Origin: the human T2T-CHM13v2.0 reference genome, Homo sapiens
NCBI RefSeq assembly: GCF_009914755.1
Contig: NC_060926.1
Strand: one strand, 5' to 3'
Length of the DNA: 64,000 bases
In this document: one piece after another, positions 40,353-62,051 of the stretch
How the letters are laid out: each line of letters begins with the position of its first letter
Position numbering within the stretch: the stretch's first letter is position 1
The notes under the pieces: model-generated
Seen by the model: only the letters and a program-made list of their open reading frames with translations
Told to the model about the DNA's origin: nothing
Databases searched by the model: none
Position numbers and translations under genes: made by a program

Positions 40353-40751
40353 CCCACACACAGTTTAAGGCTTTTGTTTTATGTTAAAATATTTTAAATT
40401 GGTAAAATAAAAAATTATAGGCCACGTTTATTTTAAAGTAGCTTTTTTCCTCCTACATAAAATTTTCAGGTATAATTTGTTTAACTGTACTACCATTCTT
40501 CATGTTTTCCATTCTTTTCCAGTTTTTTGTCACCCATACTATAGTGCAGGGGGACAATAATAGCTCACTGTAGCCTCGAACTCCTAAAGTGCTGGGATTA
40601 TAGGTATGAGCCCAGCCTCTTTTCCAAATGTTTATACTCCATTTCTTAGTCTGTCTTGAATTCTTTTCTCTCCCCTGTTAAAATCACTTGCCTGGCTTTT
40701 CTTTATTCCTTAGTGTTAGTTTTGTATAACCTCTTGTAATCAATGGTTTTA

Positions 40752-41395
<644 letters not shown>

Positions 41396-41588
41396 TCAGT
41401 TTATGTTTGCCCTCTGGTCTTTTTAAGAAATATATAGTACATTTCAGAAGAAACTACCAGTTCTTTTCACATAGTTTTAGTTTTTCCATTTTCTCTTTTG
41501 GACAAAATCTATAGACTTCTGTGATCTAGAATTCAACATTTTACATACTTTTTCGTCTGACACAACCCACATTAAGAAATACAACTTC

Positions 41589-41756
41589 AGCCAGGTGCAA
41601 TAGTGCACACTTGTAGTCTAAGCTACATAGGAGGCTGAGGGAGGAGTATCGCTTGAGCCTAGGAATGTGAAGCTGTAGTACACAATGATCCCACCTGTGA
41701 ATAACCACTGCAGTCCAGCCTGGGCAACATAGTGAGACCCCATCTCAAAAAAAAAA
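41589..41756 (+). mobile_element. FAM (fossil Alu monomer)
   Basis: monomer with cctgtgaataaccactgc segment typical of FAM. Confidence 0.75.
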
Positions 41757-42159
41757 GCAAAGTTTACATCATTACATATAGTATAATACTTAACCTTACC
41801 ACCTACTCTATGTCCTAGTGTTTTCTATTCTAGTCTAGAGCATTTCAGTTTTGGTTAGAGTTGTTTGTTTTAAACCACTGAGCTGATTTTATGACCCACC
41901 CATGAGATCCAACTTACGTTTTCCTTCCTTTGGGTAGGAAAGATTGAAAAAGTTCCTTGTTTATCTTTTCTACTTTTTTTTCCCCCTACTTGTCTTTCCT
42001 CATTAGTGTTAATAATGCCACTCCCTTTAACTTATTTACACAAGCATTAAGGTATCATTATTTACCTATTCCTAGAGTTAGAGTCCCCTTTCAAAGGACG
42101 CATCAGATTTTGCCTGAATATTTATGTTTTCACTTCTGATTTATTCTCAATTTTTGTAC

Positions 42160-43185
42160 ATTTAAAGAGCTATAATTGATAAACTGCACGTATTAAAGTG
42201 TACATTTAGGTGTGTTTTGATATATGTATACACCCATAAAACCATCATCACAGTCATGATTGTGAACATGTCAATTACCCCCAGAAGATTTCTTGTGCCC
42301 TTTTGTAATCTCTCCTCAACTTTCTCTATCCCCCATGAGTCCCCAGGCAACCACTGATCTGCTTTCTGTCACTAGAGATTAGTTTACATTTTCTAGAATT
42401 TTATATAAATGGAATCATATAAATGTACTGTTTTTCTGGCTTCTTTCAGTATGATTATTTTCAGTTATAATTAACTATTAGTTATAATTATTCATGTTCA
42501 TTATTAGTTATAATATTATTATTAGTTATAATTATTATTCATGTTCTTATGTGTAGCCATAGTTTATTAATTGCTAAGTAGTATTTCATTGTATGCATAT
42601 GATACAGTTTGTTTGTCCATCCACTCGTGATGGATATTTGACTTATTTCCAGTTTCAACTTTTATAAATAAAGCTGCTGTGAATATTCATGTACAAGTCT
42701 TTGTATAAACATATGGTTTCATTTACTTAGGTAAATATCTAAGAGTAGAGTGGTTGAATCATGTGGTAGGTATATGTTTAACTTTTTAAGAAACTGCCAG
42801 TTTTTGTGACCGGGCGCAGTGGCGGAGTTCAAGACCAGCCTGGCCAACATGGTGAAACCCCATCTCTACTAAAAATACAAAAATTAGCCGGGTGTGGTGG
42901 TGCATACCTGTAATCCCAGTTACTCGGGATTGAGGCTTGAGAATCGTTTGAATCCAGGAGGCAGAGGCTGCCGTGAGCTGAGATCGCACCACTGCAATCC
43001 AGCCTGGGCGACAGAGCAAGACTCTGTCTCAAAAAAAAAAAAAAGAAAAGAAAAGAAAAAAGAAACTGCCAGTTTTCTAAAGTGGTTGTGCCATTTTACA
43101 TTCTGGCCAGCAGTGCATAAGAGTTCCAGTTTCTCTGCATCTTTGCCAACATTTGGTATTGCCAGTCTTTTTAATTTTAAACATT
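42160..43185 (-). mobile_element. old L1 (L1M) 3' fragment interrupted by an internally deleted Alu (42809-43061, +)
   Basis: ctgcacgtattaaagtgtaca..caaccactgatctgctttctgtcact..; Alu TSD aagaaactgccagtttt. Confidence 0.82.
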
Positions 43186-43189
43186 CTTT

Positions 43190-43798
<609 letters not shown>

Positions 43799-43854
43799 CT
43801 AGATTTATAATTATCATTTTATGCTTTTCTCTCTTAAATAAGAAAAAAGGAGGA

Positions 43855-44823
<969 letters not shown>

Positions 44824-44931
44824 CTAGCTTTCCCCCAAAGGGAGACTATTATAGGGAGACTATTGTTCATTGCTAATAGATAGGAATACTGCAGAATGGG
44901 ACTGTTTTTGATACTACTGTTTTGGAACTAG

Positions 44932-45584
<653 letters not shown>

Positions 45585-45931
45585 TAAAGGAGAAAAGCTC
45601 ACCTAGAGATAGAAGACAGCCAAATGTCCCCAAGTTCCATCAAACTCAAAACTTATTTTTGAAGCAGAATTAGTGGCTATTGATTGACATAACGTAACTG
45701 AATTAGCAACAATGACCTAAACCTGTGGCCTTGAAGAAACATCTACGACTTATTGTTGCTTTTACTTTTATGAATAATTCTTCAAGGAGTTAAGGTAAAT
45801 CTTGCTTGCTTACTTGTTCATCACCTTTTGAGCATGTTCCGTAATCCTTGAAGCCTAAAATATGTTATTAGAGCTATGTAAAATACTGGTTAAGGTAATT
45901 GATTTTTCTTTTACCTCATGTGGTAAACTGA

Positions 45932-46165
<234 letters not shown>

Positions 46166-46917
46166 TAAGACCCTAAGGGGTGTGGCATCTATCAATCAGT
46201 ATTAGAAACTGAGACCCAACAAAGAATAGAAAATAAATACTTTTAAACCAGCCTAATAGTTCAATGATTACCTCATACAATCTAAAGTTATCATTTTTCT
46301 TTCAATATTCCTATTCTTCTATTGAACATTTTTGTTTGGTACAAGTGCAAGATGAAATCTGCATTTTTTAATATGTAAAGGTATAGTGAAAGAAGTTAGT
46401 CTTTCTCTATTTATGGTCCAACTTTCCTGCAATAATAAAGGTAAAATGTTTTTATAACTCCAAAAGTTCATAAGCACTTCTATATAAATTGTCTCATTTA
46501 TCCTTTGTTGTTATTCCTTCTTCCTCTGCTTTTTTTTTTAAGTAAATGGAACTATGAACTTGCCTATCTAACCACTGTTTCACTGACACTAAGGTTTGTA
46601 GACTTCCTATCTAATGCTCTTTCTTATAGAATATACTACTACTACTTTTATATGAAAGCAATTCAAAGGTCTTTCTGTTCCATCATTAATATTATTTTAC
46701 AAGACATTTTCTTTGTTAGAACTATGATTTTTGGTTCTAAATAGAAAGGCTTTTTAAAAATTCCTACAATTTGGAACTTTCTACATCTGTATTTCTTTTT
46801 TCCATGTTTGGGGTAAAAAAGCCTTTCTATGACTTTGTCATTTTGTCTAATACATGTTTAAAACTTTCAGAAAGGCATCCAGGAAAGGGTTACTGGAGAA
46901 AATTGAAATAAAAATAA

Positions 46918-47270
<353 letters not shown>

Positions 47271-48429
47271 TATTTTCTGTTCTAATTTGTGAAAGCTATT
47301 TGTATTAGCCATAGGTGAAAAATTTGGTTTGCACTACTTTTGTATAGGTCAAATTAGTTTCAAATATAAACTCTTATACCTTGTATATCAGCAAATCAAG
47401 AAAGTTAGACACTGGCAATTCTAATTATAAATTTTCTCACTTTACACATACCTGAGGACAGTCTTCTGCTTTTATCTCCCCTCATCTCTGTATTTCCCAT
47501 GTCCTCTAGTATGATGTTTTTACCTCTCTCAAAAGTCAGCTAAAGCTTTTATTTTGAATGCTTTCAAACTTTTCTTGAATGGTAAGAAAAAAAAACCTTG
47601 ATGGCCCACCTTGATTTGGCCACTTTTCGCCTCCTGTGTCATTCGGCTCAACCTTCTGCATGCATCTTCTCATCTCCAGTCTCTACTAATAATTTCCTCA
47701 AAATTATAATTCATCCCATAGTTACGCTAACTCTAGGTTTTATTTTCCTGAGTCTTACCCTCCATGTCTCCTTAGCTTCCTTTTCTTGTACTGTATAACA
47801 ATTTTTTTTTCTTCTTTTCCTTCTATCATCTCCCTTATAAATAACTGTCACTCCCAAGGAATGACAATGACAGCAAAGAACCCATGATAATTGGAGAGCA
47901 GTTCTGAATCTTTGATCCTTTATTTGAACATCATATTCTGCCTTATACCTTAGGCTCAAGGACTTTTACTGATATGACTCAGACTACCCCAGAAAGATAT
48001 GTGCCATTACTAGGGCATGCCTCTTAATGGAGGCCTTTGGAACAACCTAAAAGCTTATATTCTTTTTACTATTTGGCCATTGGAACTTAATTGATAACAT
48101 ACCTTTTGAGTAGGCACTATGCATCTAGAATTATGGAAATACAGAAAACATATACCATGGTTCTTCCTCTCATAAAACATAACGTCTGGTTGTATGAATA
48201 TACATTCCATAAATATATATTTCATGATGTTATAAAACTATAGGGGAGATTTTTTAATTAACTTATAAACCAAAATAATGAACATTTATAAAAATTATAT
48301 CTCATCCACATACATTTTTCAGTAGGCTTAATTCACATAAAACTAACACTTATCAAGTTATTAATTGACACTTGATTATTTGATTAGACTTTTTAACCTT
48401 TAGAAAAATGTACGTTTGGAAGAAAATGA

Positions 48430-49860
<1,431 letters not shown>

Positions 49861-49915
49861 TAACTATTTAGAATCAACTAATAGATATATTTCAACTAGT
49901 GATTATTTACCTTTA

Positions 49916-50950
<1,035 letters not shown>

Positions 50951-51302
50951 AGCCATTTGGTTGGGCCTCAAAGGTAATTAGACTATTGTAAAGAAAAAAG
51001 TAATATTTTTGTCATTGATAATTAAAAAGTCAGTGTCACAATAGTCAGAATAATTACCCAATTTAATATGTGCTTTATGTGGCTGCTGCTTTATAATGCA
51101 ACTCACATACTTGCTATGAAAAGTTGAAATAAAGTAAATACAGTTCAAGAGCTCCAAGTAATGTTATACCAGTATAATCTTTGAAACATTTTATTGCATA
51201 TATTAATATTGATTATGTCTGCATTTAGGTTTTATCAAACTAACCTTAATAAATCTTAAAGATCCAGAGAAATTTTGGGAAAATTACTATAAAGAAACTG
51301 TA

Positions 51303-51678
51303 GGCTAGGCACGGTGGCTCACGCCTGTAATCCCAGTGCTGTGGAAGACTGAGGTGGGTGGGTCACTTGAGGCCAGGAGTTCAAGACTAGCCTGGGCAAC
51401 ATAGCAAAACTCCATCTCTACAAAAAATTTAAAACTTAGTTTGGTGTGGTGGTCTGCAACCTCTGCCTCCCGGGTTCAAGTGATTCTCCTGCCTCAGCCT
51501 CCCGAGTAGCTGGGATTACAGACATGTGCCACCATGCCCTGCTAATTATTGTATTTTAGTAAAGGAGGGGTTTCGCCATGTTGGCCAGGCTGGTCTCGAA
51601 CACTGGACTTCAGGTGATCCACCCACCTCAGTGTCCCACAGTGCTGGCATTACAGGCGTGAACCACTGCGCCCAGCCT
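51303..51678. mobile_element. fused sense Alu 5' half and antisense Alu 5' part
   Basis: junction ggtgtggtggt|ctgcaacctctgcctcc at ~51453. Confidence 0.85.
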
Positions 51679-51877
51679 ATTTCTCTTTTAGACTAAGGCA
51701 TTTATGAAAAAAAGTTATGTTTTATTGTCAAGGGCTACAAAATGGGCTTGAAGGAAGGATACAGGTCTCAAAACACAATCAGGAAAATTTAGCCCCTTGC
51801 TTGAGTGGCTTGTATTACAGATCAGTTGACAGACCTTTATTGCAGGGCTCTGAGTCAGTAAGACATCGTGTCAGATA

Positions 51878-52584
<707 letters not shown>

Positions 52585-52930
52585 ATTTGATCCACCTTGA
52601 GCATTAAATACAATTAAATACAATAATTAAGTACATTTTACCAAGTTAAGATCGCTACCAAAACCAGAAGATTTGAGAATACAGCTGAGAAGTTTAAATG
52701 TTCTCCTGTGTTTTGTGTGTGTGTGTTTTCCCTTGCCTTATAAAATAAGTCAATCAGTTATTAAAACATTTGGGTTAAAGAGTCTCAAAAATAAGTTGGT
52801 TAAGCTTTTCCTGGAAAAACATTGTCTGGCATTATGAATTTCAAGAAATGTTCATTAGCACCCTCCTGAGACATTGGTTTGACCTTTTCTTGAGTTACAT
52901 CCCTTACCCGTTATTTCTTAAGTTTGTTAA

Positions 52931-53212
<282 letters not shown>

Positions 53213-53414
53213 AATGTTTTCAAGCCTATGGAGTGAAATTATTTTTTGCATCATTTAAACATGCAGAAGATGTTTAAAAATAAAAAAAAAACTGCTTTAT
53301 CCTCCTGTCAGCACCCCCTCCCACCCCTGCAACAAAGACTTGCTTTAAATAGATTTCAGCTATGCAGAAAAATTTAGCTTATGCTTCCATATTTTTAAAT
53401 TTTGTTTTTTAAGT

Positions 53415-53861
53415 TTTGCACTTTTGTTTAGTCTCGCTAAAGTTATATTTGTCTGTTATGACCACAGAGTTATATGTGTGTGTATCAAAAGTGGTCTCAA
53501 AATATTTTTTTAAGAAAAAAAGCAAAAACAATGTATTGCTGATAATCAGTTTGGACCAGTTTCTTAAGGTCATTAAAACAGAAGCAAATTAAGACAGGTT
53601 TGACTGCAGTGGTGTCTGGTATCCATGTTTTATTTCTGGGCACAAGCTAGTTTTTATGTTGATACGTTCCTGAACATATTATCTTGTTGGACATCTTTTC
53701 TCTTGTGTTTTGTTTGAATGTGCAATAGTTTATAGGCCACAAATAAGCTTTCTTGTAAGCTCTCTTCCTAACAGGGCACATATTCTTCCATAATATAAAC
53801 ACTTTTCTGCCCCATCTCCCATACTTTTGAAGGTCAGTTCTATGACAGTGAATTTTGCACA
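53415..53861 (+). promoter_or_regulatory. proximal 3' UTR miRNA seed-match cluster
   Basis: GCACTTT 53418-24 (miR-17/20), TTGCACT 53416-22 (miR-130/301), TGAATGT 53715-21 (miR-181), GTGCAATA 53720-27 (miR-25/92), ATAAGCT 53743-49 (miR-21), TTTGCACA 53854-61 (miR-19). Confidence 0.6.
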
Positions 53862-56221
53862 GGAGAAGCAGCTACCTGATTTCTTACTTTCTCTCTCCTT
53901 ATCATGGAGAATACAGAAACATTGTCTGAAAGGGCTCTAAAGAAGGAACTACCAAAACCTGACTTGAAATGCCATTTCTTTTAACCTTCCAAATCCTAAA
54001 TGTTTCCTTCAAGGCATTTTAATAAACTTATTTGCTTCTGGTTTTGGGAGTTCATAAGAGAGAATAGAACAAAATACAGGACATCAAATATTAGCCATTT
54101 CCCATTTTATTTTATTTTTCTATGTAGGTTCATGTTCCATGTTCATTTATTTAAGAAATACATTTTTATTGGTAAGCTTATAGAGCTACACTTATGGAAT
54201 TTTTAAGTAGGTAAATAAATGGTTAAGACAAAATAGTGTTATAGCCTTCATTCTCTGAATAGGCCATCTTTGACTCATAAAATTACCCTTACTGTTTATT
54301 ATAACTTCAGAAGTAATTTATAGTTCTGAACCTATAGTATCTTTTACCCTGTTCCCAAGCAAAGACTGGTGACTTTATCTGAAAATGATTCCTCTTCCCA
54401 TGACCTAAAACACTGTGAGGAAAAATCATTCAAGTGGCATGCCAAGTCCCTATGAAGGAAGGGCTGCTATCAAACCTACCTTTTTTGAGCAAACTGAGAC
54501 TAAACTTCTCTCTTTTCAAAATTGTGTTATCTTCCTTAATCCTATTTTCATAATTTTTCCTTTTGCCAGTTTTTCACATTATCTTTGATATGTGAGCAAC
54601 ATTTATTATTTACATTAGAGTATACCTTTTAGTAATAAAATGACTTGAAATCATATTATTTTTAAAAGCCCTTTGCTGCTTTCATTACTTATAATCTCCT
54701 CTAAAACAACCTCTGCATGTTTTTTTTAAATAAAGCACTTTCTGTCAAATAATGGACTTTTTTCTAAACAGAAATTATTTTCTATTAATTTGCAAACTGA
54801 TGATTTCACTTTTTTTTACTTTTTTTTCGATTATCAGAGTACTTAGTAAATGTTATATAGTTTAGTTCTAAGATAGTTCCAGGGATTAAAAGGTTAAGAG
54901 GAAAACACAAATCACCAAATTTCTGATTTATGTTTTTATCTCCTGAACAATATTTTCTCACTCATATTCCTCTATCTTATCACTTAGCTAAAGACAGCCT
55001 AAATTTCCCAATTTTCTGTCCAAAATATTTGTGATTTACTTGTATATAAGCCTTCTCATTTGCCATGTGCTGTGATCTTACAAGTTAGATGTTACTATAC
55101 CTACCATTTATTCAGCTGGATTGCTGAACACAGTTCTGGATTCATAGAATTAAGAATATCTTGTTAGTGCCCAGGATTTCCACGTTTTGTGTTTTATTGG
55201 CCCTTTTCTTGATTCAGCCCCTTAATCTATTTTCAGTCTTCTGGCACGTAATTTTTTTCACAGTTATTATTCTTCTATTAACAAATTATTTTTATCTTTC
55301 CTAGTACATTTTCACTTAGTTCTCTTGCCCTTAAATATCTTTCACATGCATTTTAGGATATTCTTTTCAAATATTTGTAGGACAACTTTGAATCAAAATA
55401 AATTATGTTCCTTCTCCAATTTGAAGCATTGAGGATAAATGACCATTTGAGGTCTAACTGATCTTTTCCTGCCAGAAGAGTTATCTTACGTTCTGCTATA
55501 TTTGTATTTGGGCCAGTTGATTGTAGGTTGTCCAACATTTTTTAATATTGGGAAAATTATGATAAAATGCTTTAAAAATTAATATGCCAGATTAAAATAA
55601 CTGAATAGTTTACTATTTCATTCAAGCATGTTTAAAACAAATAATTTCCTTTCACCAGTTTTTCTTAGTAAACTCCTGAAAAAGTAGGAAAGGTGGAAAG
55701 TATATATCATTTTTATAAATTTTAAATTGTACATCAGACTTTTAAAATCTGTAATATACAAGCAAGCAAAATTATTTTAAATGACTTAATTGTATGCTAA
55801 TACTCATCTGATAATAAATGCTTCTTAAAGTTGACATTTAACTGCTATCACAAAGTTTTATATGTAGAAAAGTGGGGTCCTTTTGAATAAAAGATCATTC
55901 AACTAAAAATATTAAAATTTATTTCACTGGATGGTAATGTAACCTTAAAAGCATCATAATAGGTAAAGTCTAATATTAGTTCCCTTAACAAAATCCTAAC
56001 TGTATACCAGAATTAGGTCACTGAAAGAACTTGATTTGAATTACGTTTAGACAAAAATGATTTAATTGTAAATTCTTAAAACTTTCTAAATGCATAATTG
56101 GCAAAAAAAAAAACCCACTGTTACCAGTGTAGGAAGTTACAAGAAGGCACATACTGAATGCTGAAGTATACATATGCTATTTCTCTTAAACCTCAGAGCA
56201 ACCATATGAGCATTGTAATTA

Positions 56222-56330
56222 ATATTCCCATTTTACAGATGAGGAAACTGAAGCTAAGAGAAGCTAAGTAATATGCCCAAGGTCCACATCTAGTAACAGA
56301 CAAAGCTGGGATTTCAGTCTATGTCTGCCT
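56222..56330 (-). mobile_element. MIR in 3' UTR
   Basis: cccattttacagatgaggaaactgaagct..gcccaaggtc core. Confidence 0.8.
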
Positions 56331-56417
56331 CTCTCCACATCTCTTTCATCCATACCACACTGCCTACATGCCATATGACAGGATGTGTAATGGGCTAACG
56401 TTTATTTAAAAAGTTCA

Positions 56418-56710
<293 letters not shown>

Positions 56711-58028
56711 CATAAAAATTCAGTCACTATACTCTGGCACAATTTTCATTTGTATATGAGCCAAACCACATACCTTAATGATTTGGGAAGTTAGGCAAAT
56801 ATGAGATATGTAGACATATCTATGCTGATTGTTGCTTGAGAAATAATTACTAATTCTAGACAAAACTCAATCCTGTATCTTCCATCATGAATCTTAAAAT
56901 CATTTCACTTCACTCCTAACATTTCTTACATTGCAGAACTAATGGTAAAGTAAATTTTACGGAAAAAGTTAAGATAGCTTTGGGAACAGAGACCTTTCCC
57001 TAAATTGATTCCATAGCAGATTTGGGGGAATTAAAGAATTTCAGTCTCATCAATCCTTTGAATCCATCTTCAAAACTTCTGCTTTTAATAACTTTAGAAA
57101 ATTTACTAATCTATACAACTAATTGAGTAGGATATAGGAAGGATACAAGGATATAATGTCCTTTTTATAAAAGTTTAGTATAGCTTCTTTACATGTATCC
57201 ACTTGTTCCAGAAAATGTGCATTGGTTCTGAATGTGAAAATATTTAAAGAGAGAAAGGAACACTCAAGTAAGTGTGGGCTTCAGTGGGAATTATCACAAA
57301 ACATTGGCAAGTATTTTTATTTAAATTATTTTCAAATTTGACTTCTACAGCCAAGTGGAATTGGTAGGCTGTAGCTGTTACACTGAAATTTCTAGTCTTT
57401 GTAAGTGCCTCCTGAAAGTCATTTAAAATGGAAAAATATTTCAATGAGCTTTTCCTTTTTTCATATTTATGGACATGAATATTTTATTGGAGATCATTAA
57501 CTCCTAGAATTTGAGATTATATTTCCATACAACATTTTATAAAGTTATGTTGAACTTACTACCTGTTATGTGCAGGTTATTATGTAACTATTCACAGATT
57601 GCTTCATATATTGCTTTATCTTCCCATCTAACTTCTTAAAGTTAAAATCCGGACACACATGTTGATTATCTAGACCAGTCATTCTGGAAATTGTAACACT
57701 CCCACATAAACCCCAGGAGACTTTTTCAGAATGCAATGTTTCTAAATGTACTGTTACTGGCAGTTTACTCTCCAGCATATAAGGTTGCATTTTAACTTTT
57801 AGATTATGAACTGTGCAAACTTTACCCAAAACTATCTTGCATGATTCCCTCCTAAATATATTCCTTGATTAAGTAAATCTGGCAAATCACTGTTTGAGCT
57901 AGTTACATAAAATTTGTTATCAAGAGAAGGCTTTTCTACAAGTTTCCAGATTAACATAAAGAAAAGAGGGAATCACAGGGCATTTAAGTGCACCTTCCCA
58001 TTACTTTCCTTAAATCACCTCATAGTTA

Positions 58029-58329
<301 letters not shown>

Positions 58330-60766
58330 TCACCTCATAGTTTATGTCTGACTTACTCCAAACCTCAGTTATCTGATTTGTAGTCTGTGTCAGGAAAGTT
58401 TTCTTCATATCTATTCTGTCTCCCTCCTCTTTGATTTTAAATTTTTTTCTTTTACCCAGTAGGACAAAAAAGAGCAGTTGGTCATCATCCCCAATATTCT
58501 TAGTCTTCAGTATGCTTCAGGCCTCTCAATGAACACTTAAGTCTCAATTCTTCAGACAAAATTGCTTAAGCTCTTCTCCTCAGTCCTATTTTAATGACTT
58601 TATATTTAAGAATATAGAATTATATTTTCTTTTATATTCAAATTCATTACTCCAGTTAAGTAATAGTTTGATAGTTTGATAGAATCGAGAGTTAAGATGT
58701 TTCTATTTGAAAGTGGATTCAACCATCAGACCACCAGCAAATCGGCACTTAATTTTTGTGTTATCTAACATTTTCTATTGTGGAATTTTATGATTTTATA
58801 TTCTCATTAGTTATAACTAAAAAGCCATGCACACAGAATTGTATATCATTTTGCCATTAAAATTTTTTAACATATTGCAGCAAGCTTAGTTTTATGATTG
58901 AGCCACAACCTTTTACATATTTTTTGTATGAAATATTAAACACTAAATGCAAGATTAACTTTCAAAAGCAAACCCTACATTAATCAGGTATTATCTATGG
59001 ACATTTTTGTAGACCACTTTTGAAATACTTATTATTTTGCAACATAGACTGGACTATACAACTTTCATTTAACTTTTAGGTGACTGATTTAAGTTGAGTG
59101 TGCATATAGAGAAAAACCTAGAAATTTATCTCATGGCAGATACATTTGAAAGTACTTCAGAAGAATTTATGCTGTATATTAAAACTAGGCTCAAAATAAA
59201 TCTATCATATCTTTAAAAGTCCAATTCTGTTATTACTGTGATGTTTGTAGTGTTACTATTAAACATTGTGAACATACACATTTTTAAAACAACTTGAAAC
59301 CCATTTTAAAATCTGGGTAAGAGAGAAGGAATCTTCAGAACAAAATCACATCATTAGGGTGTCCAGTTTATGATTGAATTTTTAAGCAAATTACTGTATT
59401 TGAAACTACAACTTGATTTGGTTTTCAGTTTTAAAAGGCAACATGTGGGTTTTATCCATTTTATTTATACCTTTAGATTTCAGAAACATCTTCATGTTTT
59501 AGATGCATTCTACAGACATCATGTTACTTAAAAACTCAGGGCCCCTTTCATCCCTTTGTACACTGAAAAAGTTCAATTGTTAGCAAGTAAGCAATTAGAT
59601 CCAGTTGAATATTTAAAGTGTTTGTTGCACAGTTCATTTAATGTTTCATCTTATTTGACTTTTTCACATAGATATAATATCAGATTTCATTAATTATAAA
59701 AAGTTGCCCAGTTCTGTAATTACTGAACAGAGGGAATGACTCAACTAATTGGCTACATGTTGCAACAAATTTAGGCCTTTAGAGTTGAAGCACTGACTTA
59801 AAACGACTTACATTTCTGTTCTTTGGTCAAATGACCATACATGATATGGGACAAATTGTTTCATTTTGTTTGTTTTTTAATAAGGGAACTTGGTAAAGTA
59901 GTTCCTGTCAGATAGGATTTTCTCAAGAGACAATTTAACGTTATAAAGCCTTCTAAAAGTGAACTAAATATTTTATAACTTTAGTAATAGCTTGGATGGT
60001 TTTGAGAAAATAACCTGTATTTATCACATTGTCAAACAGAATTTTTCTTTGAATCAGACAAGTTCAAGCTCTAAATTGATGTGCTATATACTTAAAATCC
60101 TAGGAAGTTATCTGTAACCAGTCTCTTGTCTCAGGCTCTTCACCTTGTTACCAATCCTCGTAAGTATGTAAAGGAAACATATTTTTAAAGAAGCTTAACA
60201 GTAAGAAAAAATTACTAAAAGATGCAATTCAAAGATAGGTCCCAGTTTAACACTGAATTGCTTGACTTCTGTGGCTTTTCTTTTTCTGGCCACATTTATT
60301 TATTTAAGCAATTTTTGTATGCCTTGTTATTTCATTTCCATAGAGATTATATTGTATCAGTGTTTATGTAAGCTGGAATCATCCTCAGTTTTTTGCTGAT
60401 AATTTTTCAAATAAAGATACATGGATAATTGTAAAATACACTAACTCTTAGGGTGTTGTAGTAGCTGAAACATGGAGATGCGTAGCTGTCATGCTTTTTC
60501 TGAATGGACAGGAGAAACATAAGCTACGGAGTATTCACTTCTGAGGATGCTTTTCCGGAAAAAGAAAGGCTAGAAAATACTCGCACTTCCTCAGAACCCT
60601 CTTTCTTGTTAACGGGTATCTTTTGTTGGTGTGTTTTGCTCTTACATTACAGATAGACTATCATATATGACTTTATGAATAATTTCAGTTATTTTGCTTT
60701 TGTATAAGCTGTCTGAAGCCTTGCTATGCTGTATAAGTTGTGTTTGATGGATCAGTGTGAGTATAA

Positions 60767-61030
60767 AATAAAGCAAATCACTTTTCTTTTGTATTATCTA
60801 TGGATGCCACTATGAAAGCTGACATTAAGCCACTAAAGAGTTTTCTATGAATAAGTGTAAGTAAATGCTTTGATATATATAAACCTAAATAAAAAGATTG
60901 TATTGATACAGAGACATTGGAGAAGGAGATTTTAAGGCAGTTCTTTAGGTTTAAAAAGGCTTGCTGTAAAATGGTGCGTTATTCCGTTTATTAAAGATCA
61001 TATTAATGACAATAGTAATTGTGTTTTTTT
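60767..61030 (+). terminator. distal polyadenylation signal cluster
   Basis: AATAAA 60767-60772, AATAAA 60888-60893, ATTAAA 60990-60995 followed by GT/T-rich element gtaattgtgttttttt (~61015-61030). Confidence 0.7.
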
Positions 61031-61163
61031 ATTTTAAGAGGTCACCAGAAATTGTTAGTATGATAATTAGGGAGTTTGCACTAGAATAGTAAATGTTCTA
61101 TCTAATATGACTTTCATAACTCAGTATGATACATCAAAAAATAAAAAATAAAAAAAAATAAAT

Positions 61164-61459
<296 letters not shown>

Positions 61460-61479
61460 CTAAATTTAGTATAATAGTT

Positions 61480-61660
61480 GCTATTTTCTGACCATGTATT
61501 ATATGCCAGGCACTGTGTTAGTTATTTTACATACATTGTTGATAATTCTCACAACAATCCTACATAATATGTATTACTATCCCCCTTTTATAAATGAAGA
61601 AACTGAAAGAGAAATTAAATACTCTGCCCAGTCACAGAACTGGCAAGTGATGAGATTGTA
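61480..61660 (-). mobile_element. MIR
   Basis: atgccaggcactgtg..ctcacaacaatcct..ttataaatgaagaaactga. Confidence 0.7.
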
Positions 61661-61670
61661 ACGCATTTTA

Positions 61671-62051
<381 letters not shown>

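Noticed and set aside
61136-61163. AATAAA motifs in an A-rich run before the downstream AluY
   Set aside because: Low-complexity A tract more likely to cause internal priming than to be the true gene end.
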